Of a stretch of 64,000 bases of DNA, positions 1-12,153 are shown piece after piece. A program made the position numbers and the translations under genes. This DNA is from Podarcis melisellensis. Taxonomy: Eukaryota. Under the pieces are notes generated by a model, which saw only the letters and a program-made list of their open reading frames with translations, made no database searches and was not told the DNA's origin. Position 1 is the stretch's first letter. Each line of letters starts with the position of its first letter. The stretch is from NCBI GenBank assembly GCA_964234715.1, contig OZ174277.1; one strand, written 5' to 3'.

Positions 1-2217
1 ACCTGTTTTGCTGATGGCAACAAACTGGCCAATCAAGCCTTCTTTCAGGGAAAAAATTAGGAAGTGTGTATATTAGGATGGCTTTTATATTGTGTGGCAT
101 GCAGACATTCAGTGATCTAAATAAGCACGTCATGCATTCACATAAACCACATAGTTAGCAGTCACAGACAATTCTAATGGTAAAGTGGTATTCATAATAA
201 AATGATATTTTGTCTTGCCCCTTAGTTTTTGTTGTTATTTCCCCAAACTGGCAAAAGATAAGCCCTTATATCTGTTTGGTGTGAGCAGTGTGCCAGGTGT
301 TGCTCAGACCTAGACCTATAGAAGGGATTGTGCTCCTACACTGAGTTTCTTGCCTGGGTGACTTGCAATGAAATAACTTTTGCAGTCAAATAACTTTTGA
401 ACAGGCATACTGCTCACAGCTTCCAGCTGTGGTGGCATGACTTGTGTAAGGCAAGCAGGGTAGAATTGAATCGCTCTGCCTCAGTTGTCTTAGAAAATCT
501 GGGAAATTTGACTTTGATACAAGTTTTTGCCAGTGCAAGTCTGTGTTAAACTTGTTCAAATGTGGATTGTAGGCTGTTGCTTAATTCAGGTTTCTATTGG
601 ACAAGGGTGGCCACTTCTAGCTGGAAAAAATTGAAAATACAAATTTAGAAATATTTTCCATAATTTAAGTGGAGATGCATCTCACCATCACTGGAAAGTC
701 TGTGGGAACCAGGTGGCCTATGTGCCTTCTCTGTCTGCTGCCCTACCACTGACTATTCGTAGCCAACTTCAAGGACCATAATCTCCCTTCTGATGCTTCA
801 GTCTTTCAAACAGAGGTCTCCTTTAAATGGAGCTCTGTTCTCTGACAGCTCATCAAATAGTGGCTAGTCCACTGTAAAGAAAGACCCATGCCCAACTAGA
901 AGAGACTTCATTCATTATTATGCTAGATCTCTCTGATTCATTTGGAAAGTTGGTGAGATGCTTTGTTAAATTCTTGATGTGCAATACCATTTTAATATTT
1001 GCTGTTTAATCCTCCAGATTAGTGTGTGATTTTCCTCCTTCTCTCCCCTCCCCGCGACAAAAAAAAAATATCTTTATTTTTCTTGCCTTGGTGATTTACA
1101 ACATCCAGGCTATACTGTGAGTGTTTTTTAAAACTCTGAATTGACAGTGATAAATACCTTCATTTGACAAACTCAGCTGTTTTAATAAAAGTGAACACTG
1201 GCGAGTGGGGGGGAAACGCATGTATACAATTTTCCTGTCAGAATAAAGATGGGAAGATAAAGTAATTTTACTTTCCTTTTGTACACTTTGTGCTGTAAAG
1301 CTTCAGCAGTTTTGCTTATCTGTGTGAGGCTAACTTCTTTGCAAAGGAAACAATCTCAGGTTATCAGTGTTTTGGAAAACTGAGTGCTTTGTCTTGTGTT
1401 GATATAACTAGTGCACCTTTCAGTTTTCTGTGTGAAAATAAAAAGCTTTAATTTACAAGTTGTTGTAAACCTTCTAAATAGCTTTCCACATCAAACTCAT
1501 TTTTAGCAATTTTATTTTCCATATCCTAGATTCTTTTTAAACTTGCAAAAGGATTGTCAATAAACTGAGCCTCTAGGACATTATGACGGGGTTGCCATCT
1601 CTTTCAGAGGACTTGACGTATTGCAAGTAGTGTAATGCTAACCCCTGATTTTGAGTGCTGACGAGGCTTAGCATGGTATGGATATGTCCTTGAACCCCTC
1701 CTGCAAAATACTGATCATCTGGACAGAACCCTTTCGTAGCTTGCAAAAAAACTAACATATTGCATATGAGGGTTTTTTGGGTGGTGGGTGATTTTTAAAG
1801 TAGTGATCACTGGAACTGGATCAGTCTGAGTAGTGCAGAATTTATAAGAATATCTAGAGGATTTATAATAATATAACAACATTATTAAAATAATTCAAAA
1901 CAATTCACAACGGAAAAATATGAATTATTTTAGCATTATTTACCACATATATTTTCTGTGTTTTGCGTATGTGAATGATAAATGAAATTGCTTTCTTGGT
2001 AATTGATTCACAAGGCTACATAAAAGCAGTTTGTAAATGAACACATGCATTTGTTTCTTTGTGAGTCAACAATCATGTGGACAGGGGTGATCTAGGAGAC
2101 CTTCTGTACTTAGACTTTCAATGTTTTTAAACCAAGTCCCTCACCCAAGACTCCATGATAGTATCCTATTATGGGATAAGAGGGTGGGTCCTTGTTTGGA
2201 ATAGTAATTGGTTAAAG

Positions 2218-2364
2218 CACTGGTCTTCATGGCCTGATCCAAGGTGGGTCGCAACAGGAGCACTACCACCATGCAAATATAAGGTAAAAGGTTAGGAAAA
2301 GGGTCTCACAATGCATGTTTGGATTAAAAGTGGGCCCTGAGTCTGAAAAGGTTGAAGACTGCTG
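2218..2364. mobile_element. Non-autonomous hAT-type DNA transposon (MITE)
   Basis: Imperfect TIRs (CACTGGTCTTCA / TGAAGACTGCTG) and a perfect 8-bp TSD GGTTAAAG at 2210-2217 and 2365-2372. Confidence 0.75.
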
Positions 2365-2699
2365 GGTTAAAGAAAAGGAAGCAGAGTAGGAACCTACAGG
2401 CAGATTTCACAATTGCAGCATGTAAATAGGTAGGGTTCTCCAGGATCTGTATTGAGATGAGTGCTTTCTAACTTGTTCATTTGAAAAAATAATATTTGCA
2501 TTTGCAAAACAGGAACAGGGAGCATATTTAACCCCCTCCCTCCCCTCTCCCTGTCCCACTTACAACCATACCAAATACAGCATGTATACATATGCCATAT
2601 GACTGTCCTTCCATACTTTTCCTGGTTCCTTTTGCTTTTGTACTACTCCACGTGATCCACCTCTTTTTAATCATCCAATTTGTTAGAAGAGGGGTTATT

Positions 2700-2845
2700 T
2701 GATAAGGTCCAATGAAGGGAACGCATATGGAGTTAATAGATCTATGGAGATTTAAACACCTAACAGAACGTGACTGTACTTTCCGTTCAAGATATCAAAA
2801 TAGTTCCAATAGACTAGACATGGTGTGGACCTTCAAAGACACTCT
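2700..2845 (+). mobile_element. Decayed L1-clade LINE ORF2 endonuclease fragment
   Basis: Translation ELIDLWRFKHLTERDCTFRSRYQNSSNRLDMVW resembles the APE endonuclease C-terminus (D-x-W-R...YTF...SRID) of L1 elements. Confidence 0.6.
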
Positions 2846-3536
2846 TCTAATTTATTTATTTTTTTGTAGAAAGACAATTGTTGTTCATTTGGGACATTTT
2901 CCCTACGATTACCCATCTTTCCTCCTCTGTTTTAATCTCTACTAATATTATACTCCCTAACGTGTTCATTTTTATTTTTCTGGAGTTGGTGTGAGGTGGT
3001 CCAGTTTTCAGATGACATGTAATTATTCAGGATGGTGGATTTCAGTGGAGAATAAGGCTCTGAATGGTACCTGCAGAAGCAGCAGATTCTCTGTTCCAGT
3101 TCCTTGGGAACAGAAATGAGGCAAGGGTATTTCGCTCATGTCTTGTTTGCAGGCTTCCCATAGACGTCATTTTGGCCATGGTGAAAACAGACTGCTAGTC
3201 TAGGTGTTTGAAGCAACAGTGTAATTTTACATGTTTGTTTGAAAATAAAGGCCTATTATGTTCAGTGGGGCTTATGCTCAGATAAGTGTACATAAACCCT
3301 TAGGCTGAAATCACAAACACTTACTTGAGAATAAGCACAACACAATATGGTGGGATTTACCTTCAAGTATACCGGTACATGCATAGGATTGAGTTGTTGC
3401 ACTGGTAAAACCAACAGCCATCAAAACAACATGAAACTCTGAAATGCAAATGACTCATTCCTACCTTCACATACTGTGGTTTGTTCAATTGTATCTGAGG
3501 GATTGGTTCTTTAAATGGATTTTTTTTTCCTTTCAG

Positions 3537-3637
3537 CATCTTAGATAATGATGAAGAAATATACTGTGCTGATGACTGTGAATTTGCAAGCAAGAAAAGG
3601 AAAAAGGATCATTTTAGGAACAATGCAAAATCTCAGT
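3537..3637 (+). CDS. FBXO25: F-box only protein 25, internal coding exon (first in window); contains basic NLS-like KKRKK
   Basis: tttcag|...|gtaaga; translates ILDNDEEIYCADDCEFASKKRKKDHFRNNAKSQ, matching the FBXO25 ASKKRKKDHFRN segment; phase 2 in, phase 1 out. Confidence 0.93.
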
Positions 3638-4724
3638 GTAAGACTAAACTATTTTTTTAGTTCTGATAATAGTTGACAGTGTAAGTTTGCTTTCCAGTGT
3701 ATTTCAGCAGAACCTATACATAATGCAAATACTTATGTATTTGAGAGTAGCTAAGAATTATTTGAGTGGAAACAAATGACATGTGTAACATGCTAATCAT
3801 TTGCACACAACTCCATGTAAAAATGGTAAGGGAAGGTAATGAAAAAAGAATCTTGGTTGAGGGTTTTGTTCTTAACATAATAATAGGGAGGCTTACTTTT
3901 ACCAACAGTGAACTTTAGTAAACTAGCATCTGTGCAATTTTGATTGTGGGTGTATGTAGCCTGCTGGTGGGAGGTAAAATCAAGAGCTCATTTCAAATAT
4001 TTCTAAAATGTACCCAGGACTTACAGAAATTTACTTGAAAGTGTGCTTCCCTTAAATCAGATAGATTTTGGTCTATTTCTTGCATGATTCTTTGCATCAC
4101 AGTGGCTTTCATGATTCTTCCAAGCAATCATTCGCATAACTGTGTCTGATGGGATTGTTAATGTGTTGGCCATGCTTATCCCACAAAATTGCTGAGATTT
4201 GATGTTTTTACTCCCATTCTTGATTAACTATAGTTCAGTGTTGTGTCTGAGCCCTAAATTGTGGCTAATCTTAACTACACTTAGAGAAAATGAACTAGCA
4301 TCAAAAATTTGGTTTGAAATGGACTTGTTTCTGCTAACTAGGGTTTGTCATTACATGACAAACTGCAAGTAGTCAGAAGTGGAAGTTCCAAACTCCTCTG
4401 TAGCTGCATTGTAAGAGGAGGTAGAAAGACCACTGACTTGTATTTGTAACTCTATACCATGGCTTTAGGCAGGGATACACACAGAGAAATCTGCTTTCAT
4501 ATGCATAGTGCCACAGGTGGACAGAACAGTAGTTTTGTTTTTTTAAAAAAATTGGTGGAAAACCTTTCCCTCTCATATTATTAAAGATTGTTAGAACCTT
4601 TTTGCAAAAGAATTTGCATATGATTGCCTACTAGTTTTTGATGGGGAATCTTTGTCTTCCTTACTCGTAAATCAGTACATCTGCAGCAGAATATTTAAAA
4701 AGGTGTTCCTTATCTTGCTTCCAG

Positions 4725-4774
4725 GCTTCTATCGTGAAAAATGGATATATGTTCATAAAGAAAGTACTAAAGAA
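4725..4774 (+). CDS. FBXO25: FBXO25 coding exon
   Basis: ttccag|...|gtaagt; (C)FYREKWIYVHKESTKE; 50 nt, phase-consistent. Confidence 0.96.
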
Positions 4775-5300
4775 GTAAGTGGTGGGCATGATTTATGTGC
4801 TTTTGGTAATTATCCATTTAATTAATCCACACACGCTAATGTATTTATTAGCTAGCTGCACTCTTATTTATTTAGCTAGTCGGATGGGGGGGAGAGTCAG
4901 CATCAGATAGCAGTTGCATAGGGAAGAGGAATTCAGATTTCAAGGCTTCAGTGTTATGGGTTTTCCCTCATACCTTTCATATGCTAGCTTGAACATACTA
5001 AAGCACAATACTACTGCATAATACTTTCCATATGTAGACAGATGGAGAGAATGGCCACTGGTGAATGTAGGAGGCAGCATGAACAACGGCTCCCAAAGCA
5101 GCAACTTATTTCTTTCCTTCTACTTCCCAACCCATATGTCATGAGTATTGGGGAAATGGGTAGCTAGGTGACTGTGGGACATTAGCAGCTATGTGATTTG
5201 TGTGGGCGGTACATTCCAGGCTTGCACATTTATCCTCTCCAGGAAGGCTTCTTTTGTGACTCTAACATATTTCTCCCCCTCCCCCATTTTTCTTTCCAAG

Positions 5301-5393
5301 AGACATGGCTATTGTACGCTGGGAGAAGCTTTTAATCGCTTAGATTTTTCAAGTGCAATTCAGGACATCAGAAGGTTCAATTACGTGGTAAAA
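5301..5393 (+). CDS. FBXO25: FBXO25 coding exon
   Basis: ccaag|...|gtaaga; [31 protein letters not shown], hallmark of the FBXO25/FBXO32 family. Confidence 0.97.
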
Positions 5394-6790
5394 GTAAGAT
5401 GCTCTTGTACTATGTAGTTTTGTGATTGAATTTAATGTACTATATATATTTAACGTACTATATATATATATATATTCTGTATATTCAGAAGGTTGCTAAC
5501 GTTAAAAGAGTTCATCTTAAACTAGAGCCAAGGAATTGCCTCCATTTCTCAGATTAAAAATTGACATTGGGCTTTATTGTAAAGTGACAATGTCTCAGGC
5601 AATCAGAAAAGAGTTCTCCGGGGGTGCTTTGTGTGATATCTCTGAGTCTAACCATGATGCTTTTTGTGGTTCTGAACTATTATAGACCAGTACCAAAGGA
5701 CTGCTTGGCTGTACCTGTGTTCCCTACAAGGGCTTTAGACTTGTTTCTCCAGTGGCATCCCCCATGTGTCACCTAGCAAGCTACATCTAGAAAATGAAAA
5801 TTTGTCAGAATCGGTTGTACACAAACCTTTGAACCTGCCTAAAGCATCTCTTTGGATACTGGACTTTATTTTACTCATTTCCATTCTGTAAACTGATGTA
5901 TTAAACAGCTTTGGTTAGGAGTCTGCATTTTAGTTCATGCTGTTTTACTATAATTTATCTGCCACTTTCTGCCAACAAACAAAATGGCAGAATTTGATCA
6001 ACTGACCAAATGTGATCTTATTTTTTTGTTTAGTGTCTATTCATGTTCCCAAAGACACGGGGATGGTGGTGGTCAGATTTCTCTGTCAAAGGTGACTCCT
6101 GGGAGCAGCTTTGTTTTGAATGTAGCTCACATTTGTAGGCTAATGCAGACATACTGCTGCTAAGGCTCAACTATACTATATTGTGAACCACCCTCTGATC
6201 CTGGAATGAAGGGTGGTATACAAATTTAATAATAATAATTTGCTCAACCATAGCTAAGCCAAATAGAGAGGTTGTACATTCCTCCACTCAACCAGCTCCC
6301 TTCTAGAGCTTGACCACAAGCCAATTATTATATTGGTGGCAGTAATCACAGTTAGGGCTAAGAAGACATTGGCACGACAACTCTGAACCTCATGCTTAAA
6401 TGTGAACGTTGCCTGAGAAAGTGTGTTTATCTTACTATGAGAAGCCTAGAAAGAGTAATAAAAAGCCCCATTGAACACAGTGATACTTCACTTATGAGTA
6501 AACATGCTGTCACATCTGCACAGCACTGATCTTGCTGCCACCCTGCCCCATGCAGGTAAGCCACAGTGACACAAATATCATGAGGGCAGCTCATCTGCCT
6601 GCCCACCTGATTGCTATTTCCCTGTCCCAAGGAGCTAACAAACTAAAACTTGACATGGGAGAAATGGAGTAAGGGAAGGGACTCTACCCCTTCCTCCCCC
6701 ACCTATGCTGTATGTTGAGGAATCTAAAGAACATAACTAATTGTGGCTTATTTGTTACACATCTTCTAATACACAATTATTATCTTTTAG

Positions 6791-6884
6791 CTTTTGCAAT
6801 TAATAGCAAAATCCCAGTTAACTTCATTGAGCGGTGCAGCTCAAAAGAACTATTTCAATATCTTGGACAAAATTGTTCGCAAAG
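6791..6884 (+). CDS. FBXO25: FBXO25 coding exon
   Basis: ttttag|...|gtaagg; [31 protein letters not shown]. Confidence 0.96.
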
Positions 6885-7353
6885 GTAAGGACACAAATTT
6901 CCATAGCTGCAAATGACACTTTGGCATTTTGATCAATTGCTGTTTAGGTTTTAAGAAAGCACTTGCCTAGTAGCCATGGATAACAAGAAACTGCATGCAG
7001 GTCAGTGAGTGGGGTTGTTGGAGGAGGAAAGCACTGGCTTAGCGCAGTGTGGGAATAAAAAAGAAAGCGGCAGATCACCACATTTGCATGCTCCTCTCCA
7101 AGAGCTCCCACATCTAGTTGGTCCAGCTAAGCTATAGTTCAGCTTGCCATGTTGTGTGAACAAGGCCATCATGCTGGAAACACCAGATCCTTGGTCCTGC
7201 CATATGCATTTATTTGCTGGGGCAGCAATTCTTGGCTCTTACCTTTAAGATTATAAAACGACAATGGATCAGCTTTTCAGCTGTTTAAAATAAATGTAAA
7301 GTGTAGTAGGAAAGCAAGAATTCTCACGTGTGTTTCTAAATTCCCACTTGAAG

Positions 7354-7538
7354 TTCTGGAGGACCAGTACAACCCACGTCTGATCAAAGACCTTCTTCAG
7401 GAGCTGAGTTCTGCGCTGTGCATATTAATACGGGGCGTGGGGAAATCGGTGCTAGTAGGAAACATCAATATTTGGATTTGCCGGTTGGAAACCATCCTTC
7501 TGTGGCAGCAGCAGCTCAATAATCTTCAAATACCCAAG
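7354..7538 (+). CDS. FBXO25: FBXO25 coding exon
   Basis: ttgaag|...|gtatac; (V)LEDQYNPRLIKDLLQELSSALCILIRGVGKSVLVGNINIWICRLETILLWQQQLNNLQIPK. Confidence 0.96.
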
Positions 7539-8288
7539 GTATACCCAGCTTTTATGGCTCTGTTAAATGTGACGTTTGAGCTGTGAAATCCTTTTATCTG
7601 TGGGTGTTACCAGGGTGTCATCTGTCTGCCTCTCTCTGTCCTCCCCCTCCTCTCTGATACAGAATTATAAACAGGCATAAAGCAGGTTTTTTAAAAAAAA
7701 TAATCAACATTTGTTGAGTAGAGCGGACACCAAGATAATTAAACTGTGATGGTGAAATAGGCAATGTTTTGTTTTCAGTGCTTGATTTCAAGACAACATC
7801 CTGTACCAAGTTGCTTCCCAAAAAGTACTGGGTATCTGCTATTTAAGCCTTCAAAAATGTACTGTGGCTGTATGAAAATATTTATTTGGTCCTCTAACGG
7901 TATATTTTATAGGTTTAGTCAGAACCATTAAAAATGCATTAATAGTTGGCATTTAGGACCAGCCCCAAAGACACTTAACTACCTGAAGCAAAGCGCAAGA
8001 TGGTGCCCCTTCCCCATTCTGCATACAGACTAGCAGACAGGGACAGGACAGCATCCTCCACAACATCTGGATGCAGCAGATGTTGCAGGACAAGCCACAC
8101 CACTTTGGATCCAGGCAAATGGGTCCAAAATTGGGGACCACTTTAACAACTGTTGCCTTTTTCTTTTCACAATAAAGCATATACTCAACAAGTTTTATGA
8201 TGAATTATAGTGCAATCCTAGCCATATCTATTGAGAAGCAAGTCCCATTGAGTGTGATGGGGCTTGTTTCCAGGTATGTGGCATTAGG

Positions 8289-8654
8289 GTTCTCGGGTGG
8301 TGCAGAGCCTCTTGGGCTTGCTGATCAGAAGGTCAGCAGTTTGAATCTGCATGACACGGTGAGCACCCGTTGCTCTGTCCCAGCTTCTGCCAGCCTAGCA
8401 GTTTGAAAGCATACCAGTGCAAGTAGATAAATAGGTATTCCTGAGACGGGAAGACAAAGGACGTTTCCATGCACTCTGGCACTTGTCACGGTGTCCCATT
8501 GCACCAGAAGTGGTTTAGTCATGCTGGCCGCATGACCCGGAAAGCTGTGGACAAGCGCCTGCTCCCTTGGCCTGAAAGCGAGATGAGCGCTGGACACCAT
8601 AGTTGCCTTTGACTGGACTTAACCATCCAGGGGTCATTTACCTTACCTTACCTT
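8289..8654 (+). mobile_element. Sauria-type SINE, near full length
   Basis: Typical body (GATCAGAAGGTCAGCAGTT...GCAAGTAGATAAATAGGTA...) and (ACCTT/ACCTTT)n tail; 14-bp TSD TATGTGGCATTAGG at 8275-8288 and 8655-8668; inserted in an older short palindromic element. Confidence 0.88.
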
Positions 8655-8807
8655 TATGTGGCATTAGGATTGCAACCTTCAGATGAATTTAGCTGTTTAG
8701 ATTTGAGTGTTTGGGGGGAGAAAACAAACACACCTAAGGCTGCTCAAACTGAAATAGTGAGTTTACTTTTGAACTTATAACTAACTGTTGTTAACTTGTT
8801 TTTTCAG

Positions 8808-8990
8808 CAAGTCACCAATGGACTTACACTCTGCGATCTCCCTTTACATATGCTGAACAACATCTTGTATAGATTCTCAGACTGCTGGGACATTATCACT
8901 TTGGGCCAAGTGTCTCCCACATTGTATATGCTCAGTGAAGACAGGCAGTTATGGAAAAAGCTTTGCCTGTACCATTTCGCTGAAAAACAG
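8808..8990 (+). CDS. FBXO25: FBXO25 coding exon encoding the F-box domain
   Basis: tttcag|...|gttaga; QVTNGLTLCDLPLHMLNNILYRFSDCWDIITLGQVSPTLYMLSEDRQLWKKLCLYHFAEKQ (L-x-D-L-P...I-L...V...W F-box pattern). Confidence 0.97.
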
Positions 8991-9508
8991 GTTAGAGGAA
9001 CTTTGTTATTTTAGGGTTGAGAGAGGCTGTGTATACCAACAGAAAACACATGGGAGTGTTCTCATGTGTTCATTATAAGCAAATGTATTTGGAAATCAAT
9101 CCCATTGGTTTCAGTGGAACTGCTTCCAATTAAGAGTGCATATGAGTGTAAATGCATGGCACAGTCTGATGTTTACTGCTCAGTAAATCTTCCTGAATTT
9201 GGACCTGCTCTGTAATAAGCATGCATAGTCCTACAACTAGCTTTGGTCACATCAAATATGTAGAGTATAACCATTTGTAAATAATAACCTAATTTTTTTT
9301 AGCACAGGGACTATACCCTACAGCCCTCCAGAATGGGCAATGGTCAAAAATGATGGGAAATGGGGGTCGACATCTGCACAGTCTCTTAAAATATTTCACA
9401 TCTGACTTTCCATTACTTTTCATAGCTAAATAGTTTTTTTAAAAAAAATCTGAGTCTGATGCTGGTTAAAACAGCACAATAGCCTTCAAATGTTACCTTT
9501 CTGTTCAG

Positions 9509-9652
9509 TTCTATAGGCACCCTATTCTGTCAGAAAAAGGTCATATTGACTGGAAGCTGATGTTCTTTGCACTTCAGAAATGTTACCCTATAAAGGAACA
9601 ATATGGAGATACCTTGCATTTCTGTCGCCATTGCAGTATTATCTTCTGGAAG
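9509..9652 (+). CDS. FBXO25: FBXO25 coding exon
   Basis: gttcag|...|gtaaga; FYRHPILSEKGHIDWKLMFFALQKCYPIKEQYGDTLHFCRHCSIIFWK. Confidence 0.96.
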
Positions 9653-10152
9653 GTAAGAAATGAAATACCTAGAATATTAGGTTGGAAACTATTCAGTAAC
9701 TGAGGAAACAATCAGAGGGAGGAGTAGTCTTATATATAGAGTTTCCGTTTCACAAACTAGAATAGTCTGCTGGTCTGAAATATGAATAGCTTTCAAAACA
9801 AATTCAGAATGTAAAAGTTCAGCTTTGTACTATGTTTAACAATTAAATATTTGGGGAATTTATTTTTAGAGCACATCGGGGGCTTGCCAAACACAACACT
9901 GAAAGCAACTTAAATATTTGCAAATGGAAGCTTCCACTTCCTGAGCCTGTGCGTAATAGCCAAGAGGGGGATTACAGTGGGGGAACTTGACTTATAGATA
10001 GGTCTGAAAAAGTTAGTCATTCCTTAGCTCTTGTTACGCTGCCTGCTCCTGTGTTTTCCTTTTTAATGATTTGTGGTCTAAAAAGACAAATGGGAATTTG
10101 CAAAAAGGTTCCTTTCCAAGTTGCCTGGTTGTGATTCTTTCTTGTCAGATAT

Positions 10153-10517
10153 AGAGATGGGGGGAGAGATTTTAATTCAGTTTGAAGGGAAATCTATTTA
10201 ATGTTATGACACAATACGCAAACAAAAATGTAGCTATTTTCCAAATTCATACTTTTCTGAATTTTGCAATGCAGTTCTCCAGCCAAGTAATTCATACAAA
10301 AAGTGCATAGAAATGCATATATTAGTGAAAATAACAGACAAAAAATACAGTAGAACAGGGAAAATTTCTTTGCAAAAAAAATGTATATTAGGAGAAAATA
10401 GCACTAAAATGCAGGTGGATTGTCAAGAGAAGTTTTTAAAGAGAAAAATCACAATCTGATATGAAGAATGTAAGACTGGAAAAACGAGAAACAAAAAATG
10501 ACATTTGCCTATCCTTA
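10153..10517. mobile_element. Old non-autonomous DNA transposon (hAT-like)
   Basis: Degenerate terminal inverted repeats (TAGAGATGGG / CCTATCCTTA) around an A-rich body typical of a common squamate repeat; TSD degraded. Confidence 0.45.
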
Positions 10518-11439
10518 TTCAGAGGTATCAAATAGCAAAATAGCAATTTTACAAACTCTTCAGAGTTTTACAAACAAGCTTCAGGACCATGTAGATTTCT
10601 CCAGTGTGAGTTTCCCTTTAATCATTACATTAGAAACTCACAAAAGCTGTATGTTCAAGGTACTCCAGTATCCCACTTACTAGCACATCTAGCAGCAACT
10701 GAAGTTGCTCCAAAGAATGTATTTACATGTGGCATATAGCAGCTCTTGCTTGAATCATGTTTGCAGTAAGAGCATGTGCTAGAATCTTATGTCTATCTGC
10801 ATGGGCACTTATTCAACTTTTAACACAAATAATACAATACTAGCTCAGAGGTAGTTGAAGAACCTCATGTGGAAATGTGGTAATAAAGAAACTCTGAAAA
10901 GGGTAAAGATATGAGAGGCGAAGTATTCAATATAATTCATGTTTAACTCTCATAGCGTTCTAAGGTACTTGCAATGAGATCTCATGTCTGCTTTCTTGGA
11001 CTCAAGCTCTATTGCTTTAGCAGAACATGCTTCCAGGTACTGCTTTGAGGATATGATGTCCGCCTACGGGCATCTTATGAGAAAATCTTTGGTGTTTGAG
11101 ATAATGAAGGTGGCCGAATTCTTTAAATATCTGCTGGGGTCAGAGTGGCAAAGTAAATTTTCCCTTTTTGTTTCCTGATCAAGGACACAGACATAGTGCA
11201 AAAAAAATCTTTCACATGATTGATGCCAATTCCTGACCTTTTATTTTTTTCATTTTTCATTTCTTATAAGCAGGATAACTTTTCTAACCAGTAAAATTGT
11301 CTAGATAGGAATGCCCTGCAGAAAGCTGTTGTATATCATGTACTGAACTCTGCTGCTTGTCATTCTATCCAATAAAATCTTCCTCTCTTTTGCGTCTCTG
11401 CCCCTCTACCTGTTTCTTCCTTCATGACTTCCTCAAAAG

Positions 11440-11466
11440 GACTACCACCTTGCTTTGTTACTCAAG
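11440..11466 (+). CDS. FBXO25: FBXO25 27-nt cassette microexon (DYHLALLLK)
   Basis: caaaag|GACTACCACCTTGCTTTGTTACTCAAG|gtactt; phase 0-0; matches the DYHLALLFK insert I recall in the long mammalian isoform. Confidence 0.9.
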
Positions 11467-11935
11467 GTACTTTATGTGCATTTCATCCTGCCTTTCTTCT
11501 GTATCCATGTTACATAGCTGAAGCAAATAAGATTCTTGTTAATGTAATGTCACAGCCCTGAACATGTTGTTCTCTCACTTAATTGAGATTTCTAGAATTC
11601 TTTTCTTGGCTATAAAATGCTGCTTTTTAAACCTTACATAAAAAAGATTCAGTGTCTGATGTAATCAAATGAAGTTTCCAATGAACTCCTCTCTTAAACT
11701 TTGTCACAGGAATGTAGCTAATTCTCCTGAGAAGTTGTATTATGTTTAAAGGCTGTGTTTTTTAGGTTGCTAACGACCAGGAATGATTTCATTTATTTAG
11801 GCTGCAATCCTATATATTGCACTTATCCAGGGGAAAGAAAGTCCCATTGAACTCATTCTGGCTTACATTTAAGTAGGCATGGAAAAATTTGCATGGTTTC
11901 ATTTTTATTTACAAATGTGCATCTATGCGCATTTA

Positions 11936-12153
11936 CAGTGGTACCTCCGATTGCGCACGGGATCCGTTCTGGAGCTCTGGTCAGATCCCAAGGTGTGCGT
12001 ATCCGGAGGTGCCGCTTCTGCGCATGTGTGCGGCGCATAGAGCACTTTTGCACATGCACGCACAGCAAAACCTGGAAAAATACTTCCAGGTTTGCCGCGC
12101 ATGTATCTAGAAGGATACATAACTGGAGGTGAACGTAAGTAGAGGTACCACTG
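11936..12153. mobile_element. Tc1/mariner (Tigger-like) MITE
   Basis: TIR CAGTGGTACCTC / GAGGTACCACTG with TA target duplication; CpG-rich interior explains the overlapping short ORFs here. Confidence 0.88.

Noticed and set aside
1-3536. Search for the first FBXO25 coding exon (MPFLGQDWRSPG...)
   Set aside because: Not found in any frame I could read; it lies upstream of the window.
6970-6984. X-box-like GTAGCCATGGATAAC in an FBXO25 intron
   Set aside because: Right half-site mismatches RGYAAC and there is no promoter context.
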